Source of the DNA: Dendrobates tinctorius
Taxonomy: Eukaryota
DNA: 64,000 nt
Assembly: GCF_039654945.1 (NCBI RefSeq)
Contig: NW_027361723.1
Location: forward strand, 2,914,001-2,978,000
Reading direction: 5' to 3'
The notes under the pieces are model-generated. The model did not search any database and had not been told where the DNA came from. It saw nothing but the letters and a program-made list of their open reading frames with translations. The translations under genes were made by a program, and so were the position numbers. Shown here piece after piece: positions 37,661 to 49,770 of this stretch. Each line of letters starts with the position of its first letter. Within the stretch, counting starts at the first letter, position 1.

Positions 37661-38490
37661 ATCCCTACTTAAAAGTGTGTGTATTTTACATGTGCGGCAG
37701 GTTGGGCTAGTAGAGTAAACCAGATTTATTTGTACTGATTTTACTCTGGGGGGCGCCATTTTGTAGTTCGCCTCAGGCAGCAGAGAGACTAGGTTGACCC
37801 CTGGGGCAAGAGTAACATAGTGTTACATAAAAAAGACAAATGTAATAACAAAAGTCAAAATCAATGTGTAGAACTTTTATTTTTAAAATTTTATGTTTGA
37901 TTTTAACACAAAGCAGAAATTAGAAGGCAAAGGAGGCTTTCATCAATGTTTTCCTAAAATACAGTACATTGGATTGGGGATAAGAGGCTGAACACTGGAC
38001 TAGAGGAAGGGGCTCAGGGAGCTCTAATTGTCCATGGGGGCACACAATCCCTGCTTTGCCCCAAGGTACTTGATGCCCATAATTTAGGTTACTTTATGGT
38101 TTCTACATGGAAGTCAATTAGGTTTATAATACACCTGACAGAGAACCTGGAGAACAATCCTAACCGCATCCTGCCCGCAAAGCTGAGGGTTTACCACAGT
38201 GGTATCCTCCGTGGGGTAAACACATGACGACATATCTCTGCTCAGAATATTGTGTTACACTCTATCAGTCTGTTTCCCACAGAGGATTGTCTGGATACGA
38301 TTGCAGCAATCCCTCAGCTGTGAAAAGTATAAAGCTAATCAAGACTTTTACTCTGCAGATGTGAACAAGATTCTTTTCATTCATTGAAAGAGGAAGCAGA
38401 GCTTTCAGAAATGGGAAGAAAAATGAAATCTAGGTCCATGAAGTTCCGATCTCTTTATTTCTGAGTTGTGCTGGTGTCTCACGTCTGCGG

Positions 38491-38523
38491 TTACAGGACT
38501 GAGCTCTTCAGGATTGTCAGGAG
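38491..38523 (-). CDS. Displaced original C-terminus of the Ly6 gene (LLTILKSSVL*), polyA signal at 38454-38459
   Basis: Joining across the hAT TSD restores ...ILALGSLLTILKSSVL* (hydrophobic GPI signal); AATAAA ~32 nt after the stop. Confidence 0.85.
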   Translation of the reverse strand, partial: LLTILKSSVL

Positions 38524-39755
38524 TAGAGTTGAGCGACTTTTGGTTTTTTAGGGTCGCGTTTCGTTTCGTGAAACCCGACTTTTCCAAAAGTCGGGTCGAG
38601 CAAGATCGTCCGATTATAGGGAAAAGTCGGGGTCGTCCCGAAACACGAAACCCAATGTAAGTCAATGGGGAATAAAAGTCGGCAGTGTGAGGAGGACAGG
38701 AAACACACCTACAGTGCCCATTTGAATGCCAAATGCATCAATTCTTCTTACTTAAGCTTGTCAACCTTAATTAACTTCATAATACATGTTACGCACTGAA
38801 AAATGGGGGTTATTTGGCTAAAGTTGTGGGGGGGGAGGGCTGGCTCCAGGTTTTCATGTGCCCTGGGCGAAAGAGCGCCCCTTTAACACATAATACCACA
38901 ACTCATGATGCTCCGATACGGCAGAGAAATAGCGGTATAGTACAATGAAAAATACTTCACTTTTTACATCTCATGACGAGGCCCATCTATTTCTCCATAC
39001 AGAATCATTGGTCCCATATAATGTTTGAAACAGTATATGATGAGCTCCACATAATGCTACAGTATATGTTGGTCCCCATGGATGAAGCTCCACTGTCTTA
39101 TGGGCCCAAATAATGCTCCAAACATAATGGGCCCCATTTCTAATGCTCTAGTGTATAATGGGCCCTGTAAATGCTGCTCCAGTGTCTGATGTCCACCTTT
39201 GGAATGTTCCAGTGTATCATTCTCCAGAGTATAGCGCTCCTCAAAAATTGCTGTCCCAACATTGAAAACAATGAAATAAGTCTCCTCGCTAGGGAATCCC
39301 TGTACTTGTCTGGACTCCTCGTCGTCCCCATCTTCCATCTCACTGCACAGTATTTCAACCTTGCAAGTGCTGTGATCCTGAGCAAGCAGGGGGGGCTCAC
39401 TCGTTGGTGACGGCACTGGCACAGGGCCTCTGATAGTACGGTGGTGTGTCTGATGGCGGGTGGGCCGAACCTGCACTTTCATCTGCAGCTTCCTCTTTGT
39501 CACGGTGTAAGATGGAGCTGTATATGGGAAGGGTAACCTGAGTTTCATCAGGGTCAGATTCAGGCCGTGTAGCGTGCGAGGGGAATGTAGTGGTCTGGGT
39601 CAATGTACCAGCAGATTCATCGAGCAGTGGCTGGGCATCAGTGCACTTGTGTCGCCCCCAGGAGTACGGTCGCCACAGTGGCATTACCTTCCTCCTAGGG
39701 AGTGTGATGTCATGCTTGGGAGCAACGAACGATCTCTCTAGCAGGTTAACTGATT

Positions 39756-40227
39756 GGGCGGCGTTATTCCCACGAGTCATGACCCTCCAAACAGCGTTCA
39801 TGAAGGCAAAGTGTTTGTTTTACGTGGGCAGTAAGGTTGCAAAGCTGAACCTTAAAGGAATGTCCAGAAGGGCACCACCAGGAGTGGAGCCTAGGGTTAA
39901 ATTCGACTCCACCTGGGAAACCTCAAACATGCCAGCTACAGAACAGATGCACACATTGCAAGCTTAATTCCGTTAACGAACGAGACTCCGTCATGCCCCG
40001 CGGTCCGAGTCCGGCTTACTAGAGGGACACGTGAGTCTCTGGCACATGAGATTGGCCAATAACTGGTGTGTCATGCCCTTACATGTCCGTGGCTGCATGT
40101 GCGCTACACTGAAAAGGCCAGCGTTTGTCGCTTACAGGTGCAGATAACCCGCTGAACAACGTTAGTGATGGTGATCACTGATTACAATTATTACCCGCGA
40201 ACAATGATTTCCCAGGAAGTGCAGGTC
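39756..40227 (+). pseudogene. Diverged 18S rRNA fragment inside hAT-A copy C
   Basis: Near-identical to 23475-23946; includes TTAATTCCGTTAACGAACGAGACTC and GAAGGGCACCACCAGGAGTGGAGCCT. Confidence 0.88.
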
Positions 40228-40337
40228 AACTGAAGTTCCGGAATTAGGCCTAACCGTCATTCCTGAAAAAATGAAAAACTTACGTGTGCAAACCACAGGT
40301 GCTGTAGCTTGCTTAACAGCTCGCCAGCTGTTCTCAC

Positions 40338-41352
40338 GCCCAGTATGGATTACACGTGATTGCACAAAGGTGAGAAAGGGTACCGTATCCCCAGATAACA
40401 TGTATGGATAGCGTACACATTCAAAATATATGTCTCAGGAGGCAGGCTCAGATGGTGTTAGGCCCAGTATGGATTGCACGTGATTGCACAAAGGTGAGAA
40501 AGGGTACCGTATCCCCAGATAACATGTATGGATAGCATAGTGTACACATTCAAAATATATGTCTCAGGAGGCAGGCTCAGACGGTGTTAGGCCCAGTATG
40601 GATTGCACGTGATTGCACAAAGGTTAGAAAGGGTACCGTATCCCCGGATAACATGTATGGATAGCGTACACATTCAAAATATATGTCTCAGGAGGCAGGC
40701 TCAGACGGTGTCAGGCCCAGTATGGATTGCACGTGATTGCACAAAGGTTAGAAAGGGTACCGTATCCCCGGATAACATGTATGGATAGCGTACACATTCA
40801 AAATATATGTCTCAGGAGGCAGGCTCAGACGGTGTTAGGCCCAGTATGGATTGCACGTGATTGCACAAAGGTTAGAAAGGGTACCGTATCCCCGGATAAC
40901 ATGTATGGATAGCGTACACATTCAAAATATATGTCTCAGGAGGCAGGCTCAGAAGGTGTTAGGCCCAGTATGGATTGCACTTGATTGCACAAAGGTTAGA
41001 AAGGGTTCCGTATCCCCGGATAACATGTATGGATAGCGTACACATTCAAAATATATGTCTCAGGAGGCAGGCTCAGACGGTGTTAGGCCCAGTATGGATT
41101 GCACTTGATTGCACAAAGGTTAGAAAGGGTACCGTATCCCCAGATAACATGTATGGATAGCGTACACATTCAAAATATATGTCTCAGGAGGCAGGCTCAG
41201 ACGGTGTTAGGCCCAGTATGGATTGCACGTGATTGCACAAAGGTTAGAAAGGGTACCGTTTCCCCGGATAACATGTATGGATAGCGTACACATTCAAAAT
41301 ATATGTCTATACATCAGGAGGCAGGCTCAAACGGTGTCAGGCACAGTATGGA
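40338..41352 (-). repeat. 124-bp array (~8 units) in hAT-A copy C
   Basis: 124-bp period visible directly and in the ORF track (40603, 40727, 40851, 40975, 41099). Confidence 0.95.
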
Positions 41353-41773
41353 TTTGACGGCCCAGATTACACAGCGGAGGAGCAGGGAGAGGTAAAGATT
41401 GCAAATGCTGGGGCCCTGCCCAAGCAAGGGGGGCCCACTCGTGGGCGTCGGTACTGGCACTGGGCCCCTCATAGTACAGCGGTGTGTCTGACGGCGGGTG
41501 TGCACCACCACCGTCAGAGACACTTGATTGCATTATGAGGGACCCTGTGCCAGTGCCCGCGCCCAAGAGTCGGCCTACCCACCTGTCCAGGGCAACGGCA
41601 CTCGCACGGTGTCGTGCGCTAGGTGGTGACCCCGGCCATGGGGGGGGAGGCAGCACAGTTAGGGAGTTTTAGAAAGTGGCATATGTTGATGTTGGACATT
41701 CAGCTTATGCAAAAGGCGAAATAGGTGAAGTCCCAGGAAGAGGTGGACCAAAGCAAGCCATTTTTCTGTCACC

Positions 41774-44700
41774 CTATGTGTCATCAGGGGAAGGTGGGAC
41801 AAAATCCTTGGAAACCCATGCATGGTTCATTTTAATGAAGGTTAGATCATCCACATTTTGGGTTGACAGACGGGTCCTTTTTTCTGTCAGGATTGATCCA
41901 GCTGCACTGAAGACTCTTTCCGATAGCACACTTGCAGCTGGGCAAGCGAGCTCCTGTAAGGCATATTGGGCCAATTCAGGCCAGGTGTCCAGTTTAGTGG
42001 CCCAATAGTCAAAGGGGAATGACCTGTGTGGGAGAACATCGATATGGGAGGAAAAGTAGTTTGTAACCATAGTTGACAACTGCTGTCTCCTGTCACTTTC
42101 CATTGATGCTGTATTACCAGTTGTGTGAGCGGTACTTGAAAAATCAGTCCACAACACTGTCATGAAACCCCTGTCTCCAACGCCACTTCTGCTGTGTGCA
42201 CCACGAACACCTCTGCCAAGCTGCCCCCGGCCCGTACGGCTCGTGTGAGAACCATCACCGCTGCTGTGTGCTGGGAATGCCTCAAGCAACCGATTTACCA
42301 GAGTTGCTTGTTTATTAGCCAATATTAGGTCAAGGTTCTCCTGTGGCATGATGTTTTGTAATTTGCCTTTATAGCGTGGATCCAGGATGCTGGCCAACCA
42401 GTAGTCGTCATCGTTCATCATTTTGGCAATGCGGGGGTCCCTTTTTAGGATGCGCAAGGCATAATCTGACATGTGGGCCAATGTTCCCGGTGTCAATGAT
42501 GCACTGCGAGTGCTGGTTGGAGGAGCACTTTCTGGCAAATCCACATCCCTCCAGTCACGCACAAACCCTGTACCAGACCTTGCCACGCCAACATTTTCAC
42601 TTGCCCCACGAGATGCATCCTCCTCCCGTAAGTAATCATCCCCATCATCATCCTCCTCCTCCTCTTCTTCCTCCACCTCGTCCAGGAGAGGTCCCTGAGC
42701 AGACAATGGCTGAATGTCATCAAGGATTCCCTCCTCCTCTTCCTCCTCATCAACATTGGCTGCAGACGCCTGCTCCTTAAGGTGCGTCAAAGTTTGCATG
42801 AGCAGACGCATAAGTGGGATGCTCATGCTTAGGATGGCGTCGTCTGCGCTTACCAGCCGTGTGCATTCCTCAAAACACTGAAGGACTTTACAGAGGTCTT
42901 TCAGCTTCGACCACTGCACACCTGTCAACTCCATGTCTGCTCTCAAAGTGCCTGGCCGTGTATCCTCCCACAAATGCATTATGGCCTGCCTCTGCTCGCA
43001 CAGCCACTCCACCATGTGCAGGGTGGAGTTCCACCTTGTTGCAATGTCGATAATCAGGCGGTGGTTGGGAAGGTGGAGCAATCGCTGCAGCTTCTGCATA
43101 CGAACGGAGTGTACAGGCGACCGGCGGATGTGCGCGCACAGTCTTCGCACCTTCTGGAGCAGGGCTGTTAACTCCGGATAATTTTTGAGGAAGCACTGCA
43201 CCACCAGGTTCAAGGTGTGAGCCAAGCAAGGTATGTGGCTGAGTTTTGAAAGGGCTATGGCTGCCACAAAATTACGGCCGTTATCACTAACTACCTTGCC
43301 TGCCTCAAGATGTACACTGCCCAGCCATGACTCAGTTTGTCGCTGAAAGTACTCGGCCAGCACCTCGGCGGTATGTCTGTCGCCCAAACACATCATCTGC
43401 AACACAGCCTGCTGACGCTTTACACTAGCTGCTCGATAGGGGGACACATCGTGTGCAACAGTGGCAGCTGCAGATGGAGTGCTCGTACGACTGCGCTCTG
43501 TGGACGAGCTTTCGCTTCTGGAGGAGGAGGAGGAGGAGGAGGGTGGAACGCCTACAGCCAACTGTTTCCTGTACCGTGGGCTAGGCAGCACTGTCCCACC
43601 ACCGCTGTCCCCTGTGGACCCTGCATCCACCACATTAACCCAGTGCGCAGTGATGGACACGTAATGGCCCTGGCCATGCCGACTGGACCATGCATCAGTT
43701 GTGAGGTGCACCTTTCCGCTCACTGACTGCTTGAGTGCATGGACTATGCGGTCTTTCACATGATGGTAGAGGGCTGGGATGGCTTTGCGAGAGAAGAAGT
43801 GGCGACTGGGTAGGTCATAGCGTGGTACTGCATAAGCCATGAGTTCGCGGAAAGCTGTGCTTTCCACCAACCGAAAGGGCATCATCTCAAACGAGATTAG
43901 TTTGGCAATGTGGGCGTTCAAACCCAGTGTACGCGGATGAGAGACTGAGTACTTTCTTGACCTATTCATAGTGTCTGGGAGGGTGAGCTGGACTTGAGAG
44001 CTGCATATGGTGGAAGTAGCGGTGGACAGGGCGGACTGAGAGAGGGTTGATGATGGTGATGGAGTTGGTGTTCTTTCTGATGGCCTAGAATCAGTCTTTC
44101 GTTGATATAACAGTGGGATTCCCTGACTGCTGTGGCCTTGCAACGACACCTCAACATTTGCTGCTGTGCTAACCGGTGGGCTTACAGTGGGGGAAACAAT
44201 GTAGCATTGCTGACTACCTTCGTTGTGATCAGTTGCACATGTGGCACTTGAGGTTTGGTGTTGTGTCCACCCTTGCAAGTGCATGCTGGTTAAATGTCTA
44301 AGCATGCAACTGGTTTTCAAATTTTTCAGATTTTTCCCTCGGCTAAAGGTCTTTGCGCACTTCTTACAGATAACCTTGGCCTGATCACGAGGATTTTGTT
44401 CAAAAAAGTGCCACACTGCACTCTTCCTACTTTGGCAGACATTTTGCGGCCTAGCACGATGTGATCTTTTGACCCTCTGGACAAGCTGTCCAGCAACTCT
44501 TTTGATGTTTGGAACCTGTCTTTGGAGTGCTCCGGGCCTGCCAGATAACAGCTGTTGCGATGTCGATGTCTGCAGTGGATGCTCCTCATCTGAGCTATTG
44601 GATGCAGCACCCTCTTCCCCCAATGGATGCCAATCTGGGTCAACAACTGGGTCATCCATCACCTCCTCTTCTATGTCATGTGCACCTTCCTCTGTGTCAC

Positions 44701-45316
44701 CGTGTATGGTGGTATAGTGTGCGGGAAGGGGCACCTGAGTCTCATCAGGGTCAGAATCTGGCTCTGTACACTGCGAGGACAATGTAGTGCTCTGAGTGAA
44801 TGTACCAGCAGAATCATCCATCAGCGGCTGTGCATCAGTGCACTCCATGTCAGATTCATCTTGGCCTGGGTAATTCACCATTTGACTTGATAATCCAGGC
44901 ATGGTATGTGAAAACAGCTCCATGGAGTAATCAGTAGTATGGCCTGCGTCATCCTTCAATCTTGGTTGGGGTGAAGGACACAAGGAAAGGTGTGGTTCAT
45001 GAACATGAGCCTCCAATGACGACTCAGTGCTTTTACTTTTTACAACTGAATAAGAGGAGGCAATAGAGCTGGAGGCTGAGTCAGCAATGTAAGACAAAAC
45101 TTTTTCCTGATGCTCTGGCTTTAAAAGCGGTTTGCCAACTCCTAGAAAACTAAGCGTTCGAGGCCTTATGTAGCCAGACGATGATGCAGGCTCAACACCT
45201 CCTGCATTCGGTCCTATTTTGCTCTTGCCACTACCATCAGATCCACCACCAACACCATCATTACCAGCTGCCAACCCCAGCCCAATTCCACGGCCTCTTC
45301 CACCAGCCTTCCTCAT
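41774..45316 (-). CDS. Intact hAT transposase (1180 aa from MRKAGG)
   Basis: BED finger (SAVWHFF..CKKC..HLTSMH), HLTTDAW, VSDNGRN, CLAH, TRWNS, LDPRYK, CPAASVLSERVFS; single uninterrupted frame. Confidence 0.95.
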   Translation of the reverse strand: MRKAGGRGRGIGLGLAAGNDGVGGGSDGSGKSKIGPNAGGVEPASSSGYIRPRTLSFLGVGKPLLKPEHQEKVLSYIADSASSSIASSYSVVKSKSTESSLEAHVHEPHLSLCPSPQPRLKDDAGHTTDYSMELFSHTMPGLSSQMVNYPGQDESDMECTDAQPLMDDSAGTFTQSTTLSSQCTEPDSDPDETQVPLPAHYTTIHGDTEEGAHDIEEEVMDDPVVDPDWHPLGEEGAASNSSDEEHPLQTSTSQQLLSGRPGALQRQVPNIKRVAGQLVQRVKRSHRARPQNVCQSRKSAVWHFFEQNPRDQAKVICKKCAKTFSRGKNLKNLKTSCMLRHLTSMHLQGWTQHQTSSATCATDHNEGSQQCYIVSPTVSPPVSTAANVEVSLQGHSSQGIPLLYQRKTDSRPSERTPTPSPSSTLSQSALSTATSTICSSQVQLTLPDTMNRSRKYSVSHPRTLGLNAHIAKLISFEMMPFRLVESTAFRELMAYAVPRYDLPSRHFFSRKAIPALYHHVKDRIVHALKQSVSGKVHLTTDAWSSRHGQGHYVSITAHWVNVVDAGSTGDSGGGTVLPSPRYRKQLAVGVPPSSSSSSSRSESSSTERSRTSTPSAAATVAHDVSPYRAASVKRQQAVLQMMCLGDRHTAEVLAEYFQRQTESWLGSVHLEAGKVVSDNGRNFVAAIALSKLSHIPCLAHTLNLVVQCFLKNYPELTALLQKVRRLCAHIRRSPVHSVRMQKLQRLLHLPNHRLIIDIATRWNSTLHMVEWLCEQRQAIMHLWEDTRPGTLRADMELTGVQWSKLKDLCKVLQCFEECTRLVSADDAILSMSIPLMRLLMQTLTHLKEQASAANVDEEEEEEGILDDIQPLSAQGPLLDEVEEEEEEEDDDGDDYLREEDASRGASENVGVARSGTGFVRDWRDVDLPESAPPTSTRSASLTPGTLAHMSDYALRILKRDPRIAKMMNDDDYWLASILDPRYKGKLQNIMPQENLDLILANKQATLVNRLLEAFPAHSSGDGSHTSRTGRGQLGRGVRGAHSRSGVGDRGFMTVLWTDFSSTAHTTGNTASMESDRRQQLSTMVTNYFSSHIDVLPHRSFPFDYWATKLDTWPELAQYALQELACPAASVLSERVFSAAGSILTEKRTRLSTQNVDDLTFIKMNHAWVSKDFVPPSPDDT

Positions 45317-45379
45317 TTTTGGTAGAAATGTAGACAAAATCCAACAAACTATATAGTATGTAAAACAAGGTACAAGGTG

Positions 45380-46305
45380 TCTATAGGACAGGGGAGATTT
45401 TGAATTTCTGCAGACACTTGTGGACACTGGACACTTTTGGATTGTGTGAGGCCCACTGATATCTGAGCGCTATGTGACAGGCTCGATGGCACAGCTGTGA
45501 CCTAAGTGACTAGAGGATAAGGGAGATTTTGAATCTCTGCACACACTTTTGGACACTGGACACTTTTGGATTGTGTGAGGCCCAATGAATATCTGAGCGC
45601 TATGTGACAGGCTCGATGGCACAGCTGTGACAAAAGTGACTAGAGGATAAGGGAGATTTTGAATCTCTGCACACACTTTTGGACACTGGACACTTTTGGA
45701 TTGTGTGAGGCCCAATGAATATCTGAGCGCTATGTGACAGGCTCGATGGCACAGCTGTGACAAAAGTGACTAGAGGATAAGGGAGATTTTGAATCTCTGC
45801 ACACACTTTTGGACACTGGACACTTTTGGATTGTGTGAAGCCCAATGAATATCTGAGCGCTATGTGACAGGCTCGATGGCACAACTGTGACCTAAGTGAC
45901 TAGAGGATAAGGGAGATTTTGAATCTCTGCACACACTTTTGGACACTGGACACTTTTGGATTGTGTGAGGCCCACTGATATCTGAGCGCTATGTGACAGG
46001 CTCGATGGCACAGCTGTGACAAAAGTGACTAGAGGATAAGGGAGATTTTGAATCTCTGCACACACTTTTGGACACTGGACACTTTTGGATTGTGTGAGGC
46101 CCACTGATATCTGAGCGCTATGTGACAGGCTCGATGGCACAGCTGTGACCTAAGTGACTAGAGGATAAGGGAGATTTTGAATCTCTGCACACACTTTTGG
46201 ACACTGGACACTTTTGGATTGTGTGAGGCCCAATGAATATCTGAGCGCTATTTGACAGGCTCGATGGCACAGCTGTGACCAAAGTGACTAGAGGATAAGG
46301 GAGAT
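45380..46305 (-). repeat. 130-bp array (~7 units) in hAT-A copy C
   Basis: Reverse complement of the 3259-7433 unit; an extra partial unit at 46555-46633 lies within a local duplication. Confidence 0.95.
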
Positions 46306-46894
46306 TGGATTGCTTTTAAAAAATCAGTTTGCGGAGCAGTGGGTAAACAGCAATGCCAGCCTGTCAGGAAGCCTTAAAAGGCAGCCCAACAACCAACACC
46401 ACTGATACACCACAATATAGCCTCCCCTTGCACTGCAAACACAGTGACTGGTGTGTTGTGCAAGCCAAATTTCTATCAGCAGCAGAAGCAGTTTTTTTTT
46501 CTTCTCAGCAGGACAAAAAAAAAAAATTGGGATTGCTTTTAAAAAAGCAGTTTGAGGCCCAATGAATATCTGAGCGCTATGTGACAGGCTCGATGGCACA
46601 GCTGTGACCAAAGTGACTAGAGGATAAGGGAGATTGGATTGCTTTTAAAAAAGCAGTTTGCGGAGCAGTGGGTAAACAGCAATGCCAGCCTGTCAGGAAG
46701 CCTTAGAAGGCAGCCCAACAACCAACACCACTGATACACCACTTTATAGCCTCCCCTTGCACTGCACACACAGTGACTGGTGTGTTGTGCAGGCCAAATC
46801 GCTAGCAGCAGAAGCAGTTTTTTTGTCTTCTTCCCTGCCTAACGCTTCCCTACAGAATCAGCAGCAACCTCTCCCTATACTGAGATCGGCAGAA

Positions 46895-47045
46895 GTAAGA
46901 TGGCGGTCGCCGTGCACGCCCTTTTATACCCCCTGTGACGCCCACCAAAGCAAGCCAATCACTTGCATGCCCTTCTGAAAGATGGTGGTGACCCCTGCCT
47001 ATGTCATCACGTCGCCCACAGTGTCCGTGGATCCTGATTGGCTGA
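46895..47045 (-). promoter_or_regulatory. Putative hAT-A transposase promoter
   Basis: CCAAT motifs (46954, 47036), GGTATAAAAG on the minus strand at 46921-46930, YY1-like AAGATGGCGG at 46897-46906; TATA and CCAAT also present in the 20290-20445 copy. Confidence 0.6.
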
Positions 47046-47112
47046 AAAAGAGCGCAAAACAAACTTTTGAAACGCGACTTTGGCGCGTAAGTCGCCGACC
47101 TCGTGGCCGACC

Positions 47113-48106
47113 TCATCCTAGGGTCGGGTTTCGTTTCATGAAACCCGACTTTGCTAAAAGTCGGCGACTTTTGAAATTTTTCGACCCGTTTCGCTCAACT
47201 CTAGTCAGTAGGGATCCCAGCGCCAGGATGATGGCGGCAGAGCTGGCCTTGACGCTGGCGCCGCCGTTACACAGGTCGGTGGTGCAGCAGGAGGTGGAAG
47301 CAGAAACCCCGGAAATACCGCTGCTGCTCGGAGTGCAAGACAATGCACACGACTTAGTGATGGAAGTAACCGAGATCGCACCTACAGCGGAGAAAAGCAA
47401 ATCTGATGAGCTGACCGGGATGGGAAGGGTTAAAAGCTGCTCGCAACAAGAATGTGGTTTATCCTCAGTACAAGTCACCGGCAGAAGGCTGCGTGCGGTA
47501 CCTGGCACCGGTGTACACAGAGGACTAGGGGGCAACCTCTTCCTCTAGGGGAAAGAAGCTTTCATCATCACAGATGAGATTCTTTATGGCACCAGCAATG
47601 TGACTATGGATTCCTTACTGTACAAGCAAAGACACGATGGATTCTTCACTGTATGAACAGGAACTCTGCTGATTATTTACTGTACAAGCAGTGAGCCTCT
47701 GGATTCTTTACTGTCCGAGCAGTGACACTGTAGATTTTGTACTCTACAAGCAAAGACACTATGGATTCTTCACTGTATGAACAGGAACTCTGCTGATTAT
47801 TTACTGTACAAGCAGTGAGACTCTGGGTTCTTTACTGTAAGAGCAGGGTGACTGTAGACGTTTCTGCTGTAACATGTTATAACCAGGTGATATAAAATGG
47901 TTACACATGTACAGTCAGTGTAGACCGGTGCTGGCTGGAGCTGAATGTACAGGACTACGACCAGAAAACCAAAATGCTGAGCTCACCGACTCCGACTGAC
48001 GCTTCCACTGTCCGACAATACGTTTCTCCATTCGTGCAGTTTGCCGCAGTCTGACAATTGGAGCTGGAACTTGCTGCTGTGCAGACATAGCATTTCAGAG
48101 AGTAAG
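47113..48106 (-). CDS. Ly6/uPAR gene, copy 2: exon 48106-47987 and exon 47381-47204 reading into the hAT end to stop at 47113
   Basis: Same 10-Cys LU domain and splice sites as copy 1; signal exon not found in window. Confidence 0.88.
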
Positions 48107-48358
48107 CTGCGGGCAGAAGGGGAATCATTACAGCGGACGTACATCACCTTCCAGTGTAGGCACAGAGGAGCGGCCTCCCGAGCAGCTGCTCCCGGCATCT
48201 ACGTGGGCTCACCTATAGACATCTATACCTCTGCAAATCTAGCATGGAGGGCAGAGACAGTAACAGTGATCCACGGAGCACAGGACAACTCTGCCTACAG
48301 CTCCAATGGGAGAGTGCAGGTTATACAAGGGGCTTATGATGTTCGCTCCCCTCTCTGG

Positions 48359-49770
48359 GAGCAAATGTTGTTCCTATCTTCAAAAAGGGGAAGAAGGTGG
48401 ACCCAGGTAACTATAGGCCGGTGAGTCTGACTTCTATACCAGGAAAGATCTTTGAACAAATTATTAAACAACATGTATGTCAATACCTGGATAAGAATGA
48501 AGTGATTAAACAGAGTCAGCATGGGTTTGTAACTAATAAGTCATGTCAGACTAACTTAATTTCCTTCTATGACGGTATCACTGATTGGGTGGATCAAGGA
48601 AATGCTGTAGATATAGTATATCTTGACTTCAGCAAAGCATTTGACAAAGTCTCTCATACAATCCTTATTGAAAAAATGATTAAGTATGGAATGGACAAGG
48701 CAACTGTTAGGTGGATTCATAACTGGCTTAGTGATCGGACCCAAAGAGTGGTCGTAAATGGCTGCACATCCAGTTGGAAGAATGTCTCAAGTGGGGTACC
48801 ACAGGGCTCTGTCCTGGGCCCTGTATTGTTCAACATCTTTATCAACGATTTAGATGAAGGAATTGAGGGTAAACTGATTAAATTTGCTGATGACACAAAG
48901 CTAGGAGGGATAGCTAATACTAGAGAAGAGAGAGAGAGGATTCAAAAAGATTTAAATAAACTGGAGAAGTGGGCAGCAACTAACAGAATGGTTTTTAACA
49001 GGGAGAAATGCAAAGTACTACATCTGGGCAATAAAAATGGAAAAAGCATATATAGAATGGGAGGAATAGGGCTAAGTGACAGCACATGTGAAAAAGACTT
49101 GGGTATACTAATAGATCACAGACTGAATATGAGTCAACAGTGTGATGCAGCAGCAAAAAAGGCAAATGCAATTCTAGGATGTATTAACAGAAGCATACAG
49201 TCTAGATCACGTGAAGTCATTATTTCCCTCTACTCCTCTTTGGTCAGACCTCATCTGGAATATTGTGTCCAGTTTTGGGCACCACATTTTAAAAAAGACA
49301 TCAACAAACTGGAGCAAGTTCAGAAAAGAGCGACCAGAATGGTGACCAGTCTGCAAACCCTGTCTTATGAGGAAAGGTTGCAGGATTTGGGAATGTTTAG
49401 TTTGCAAAAGAGAAGACTGAGAGGAGACTTAATAGCTGTCTACAAATATCTAAAGGGCTGTCACATTGTAGAAGGATCAACTTTATTCTCATTTGCACAA
49501 GGAAAGACTAGAAGCAATGGGATGAAACTGAATGGGAGGAGACACAGATTAGATATTAGAAAAAACTTTTTGACAGTTAGAGTGATCAATGAGTGGAACA
49601 GGCTGCCACGAGAAGTGGTGAGTTCTCCTTCAATGGAAGTCTTCAAACAGAGGCTGGACAGACATCTGACTGGGATGATTTAGCGAATCCTGCTTTGAGC
49701 AGGGGGTTGGACCAGATGGCCCAGGAGGTCCCTTCCAACTCTACGATTCTATGATTCTATGATTCTATGA
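48359..49770 (+). mobile_element. 5'-truncated CR1 LINE (open RT ORF 48397-49683)
   Basis: NYRPVSLTS, YLDFSKAFD, GVPQGSVLGP, KFADD; 3' (ATTCTATG)n tail; absent from the paralogous site at ~21645. Confidence 0.96.

Larger units (their letters stand above)
38524..47203 (-). mobile_element. hAT-A copy C, complete ~8.7-kb element
   Basis: TIR TAGAGTTGAGCGA at both ends; 8-bp TSD GTCAGGAG (38516-38523) / GTCAGTAG (47204-47211); intact transposase. Confidence 0.96.

Noticed and set aside
37740-38070. Short MITE-like ends (…CCCCTG) and a similar nested end at 22546/38837
   Set aside because: No paired TIR or TSD could be established.
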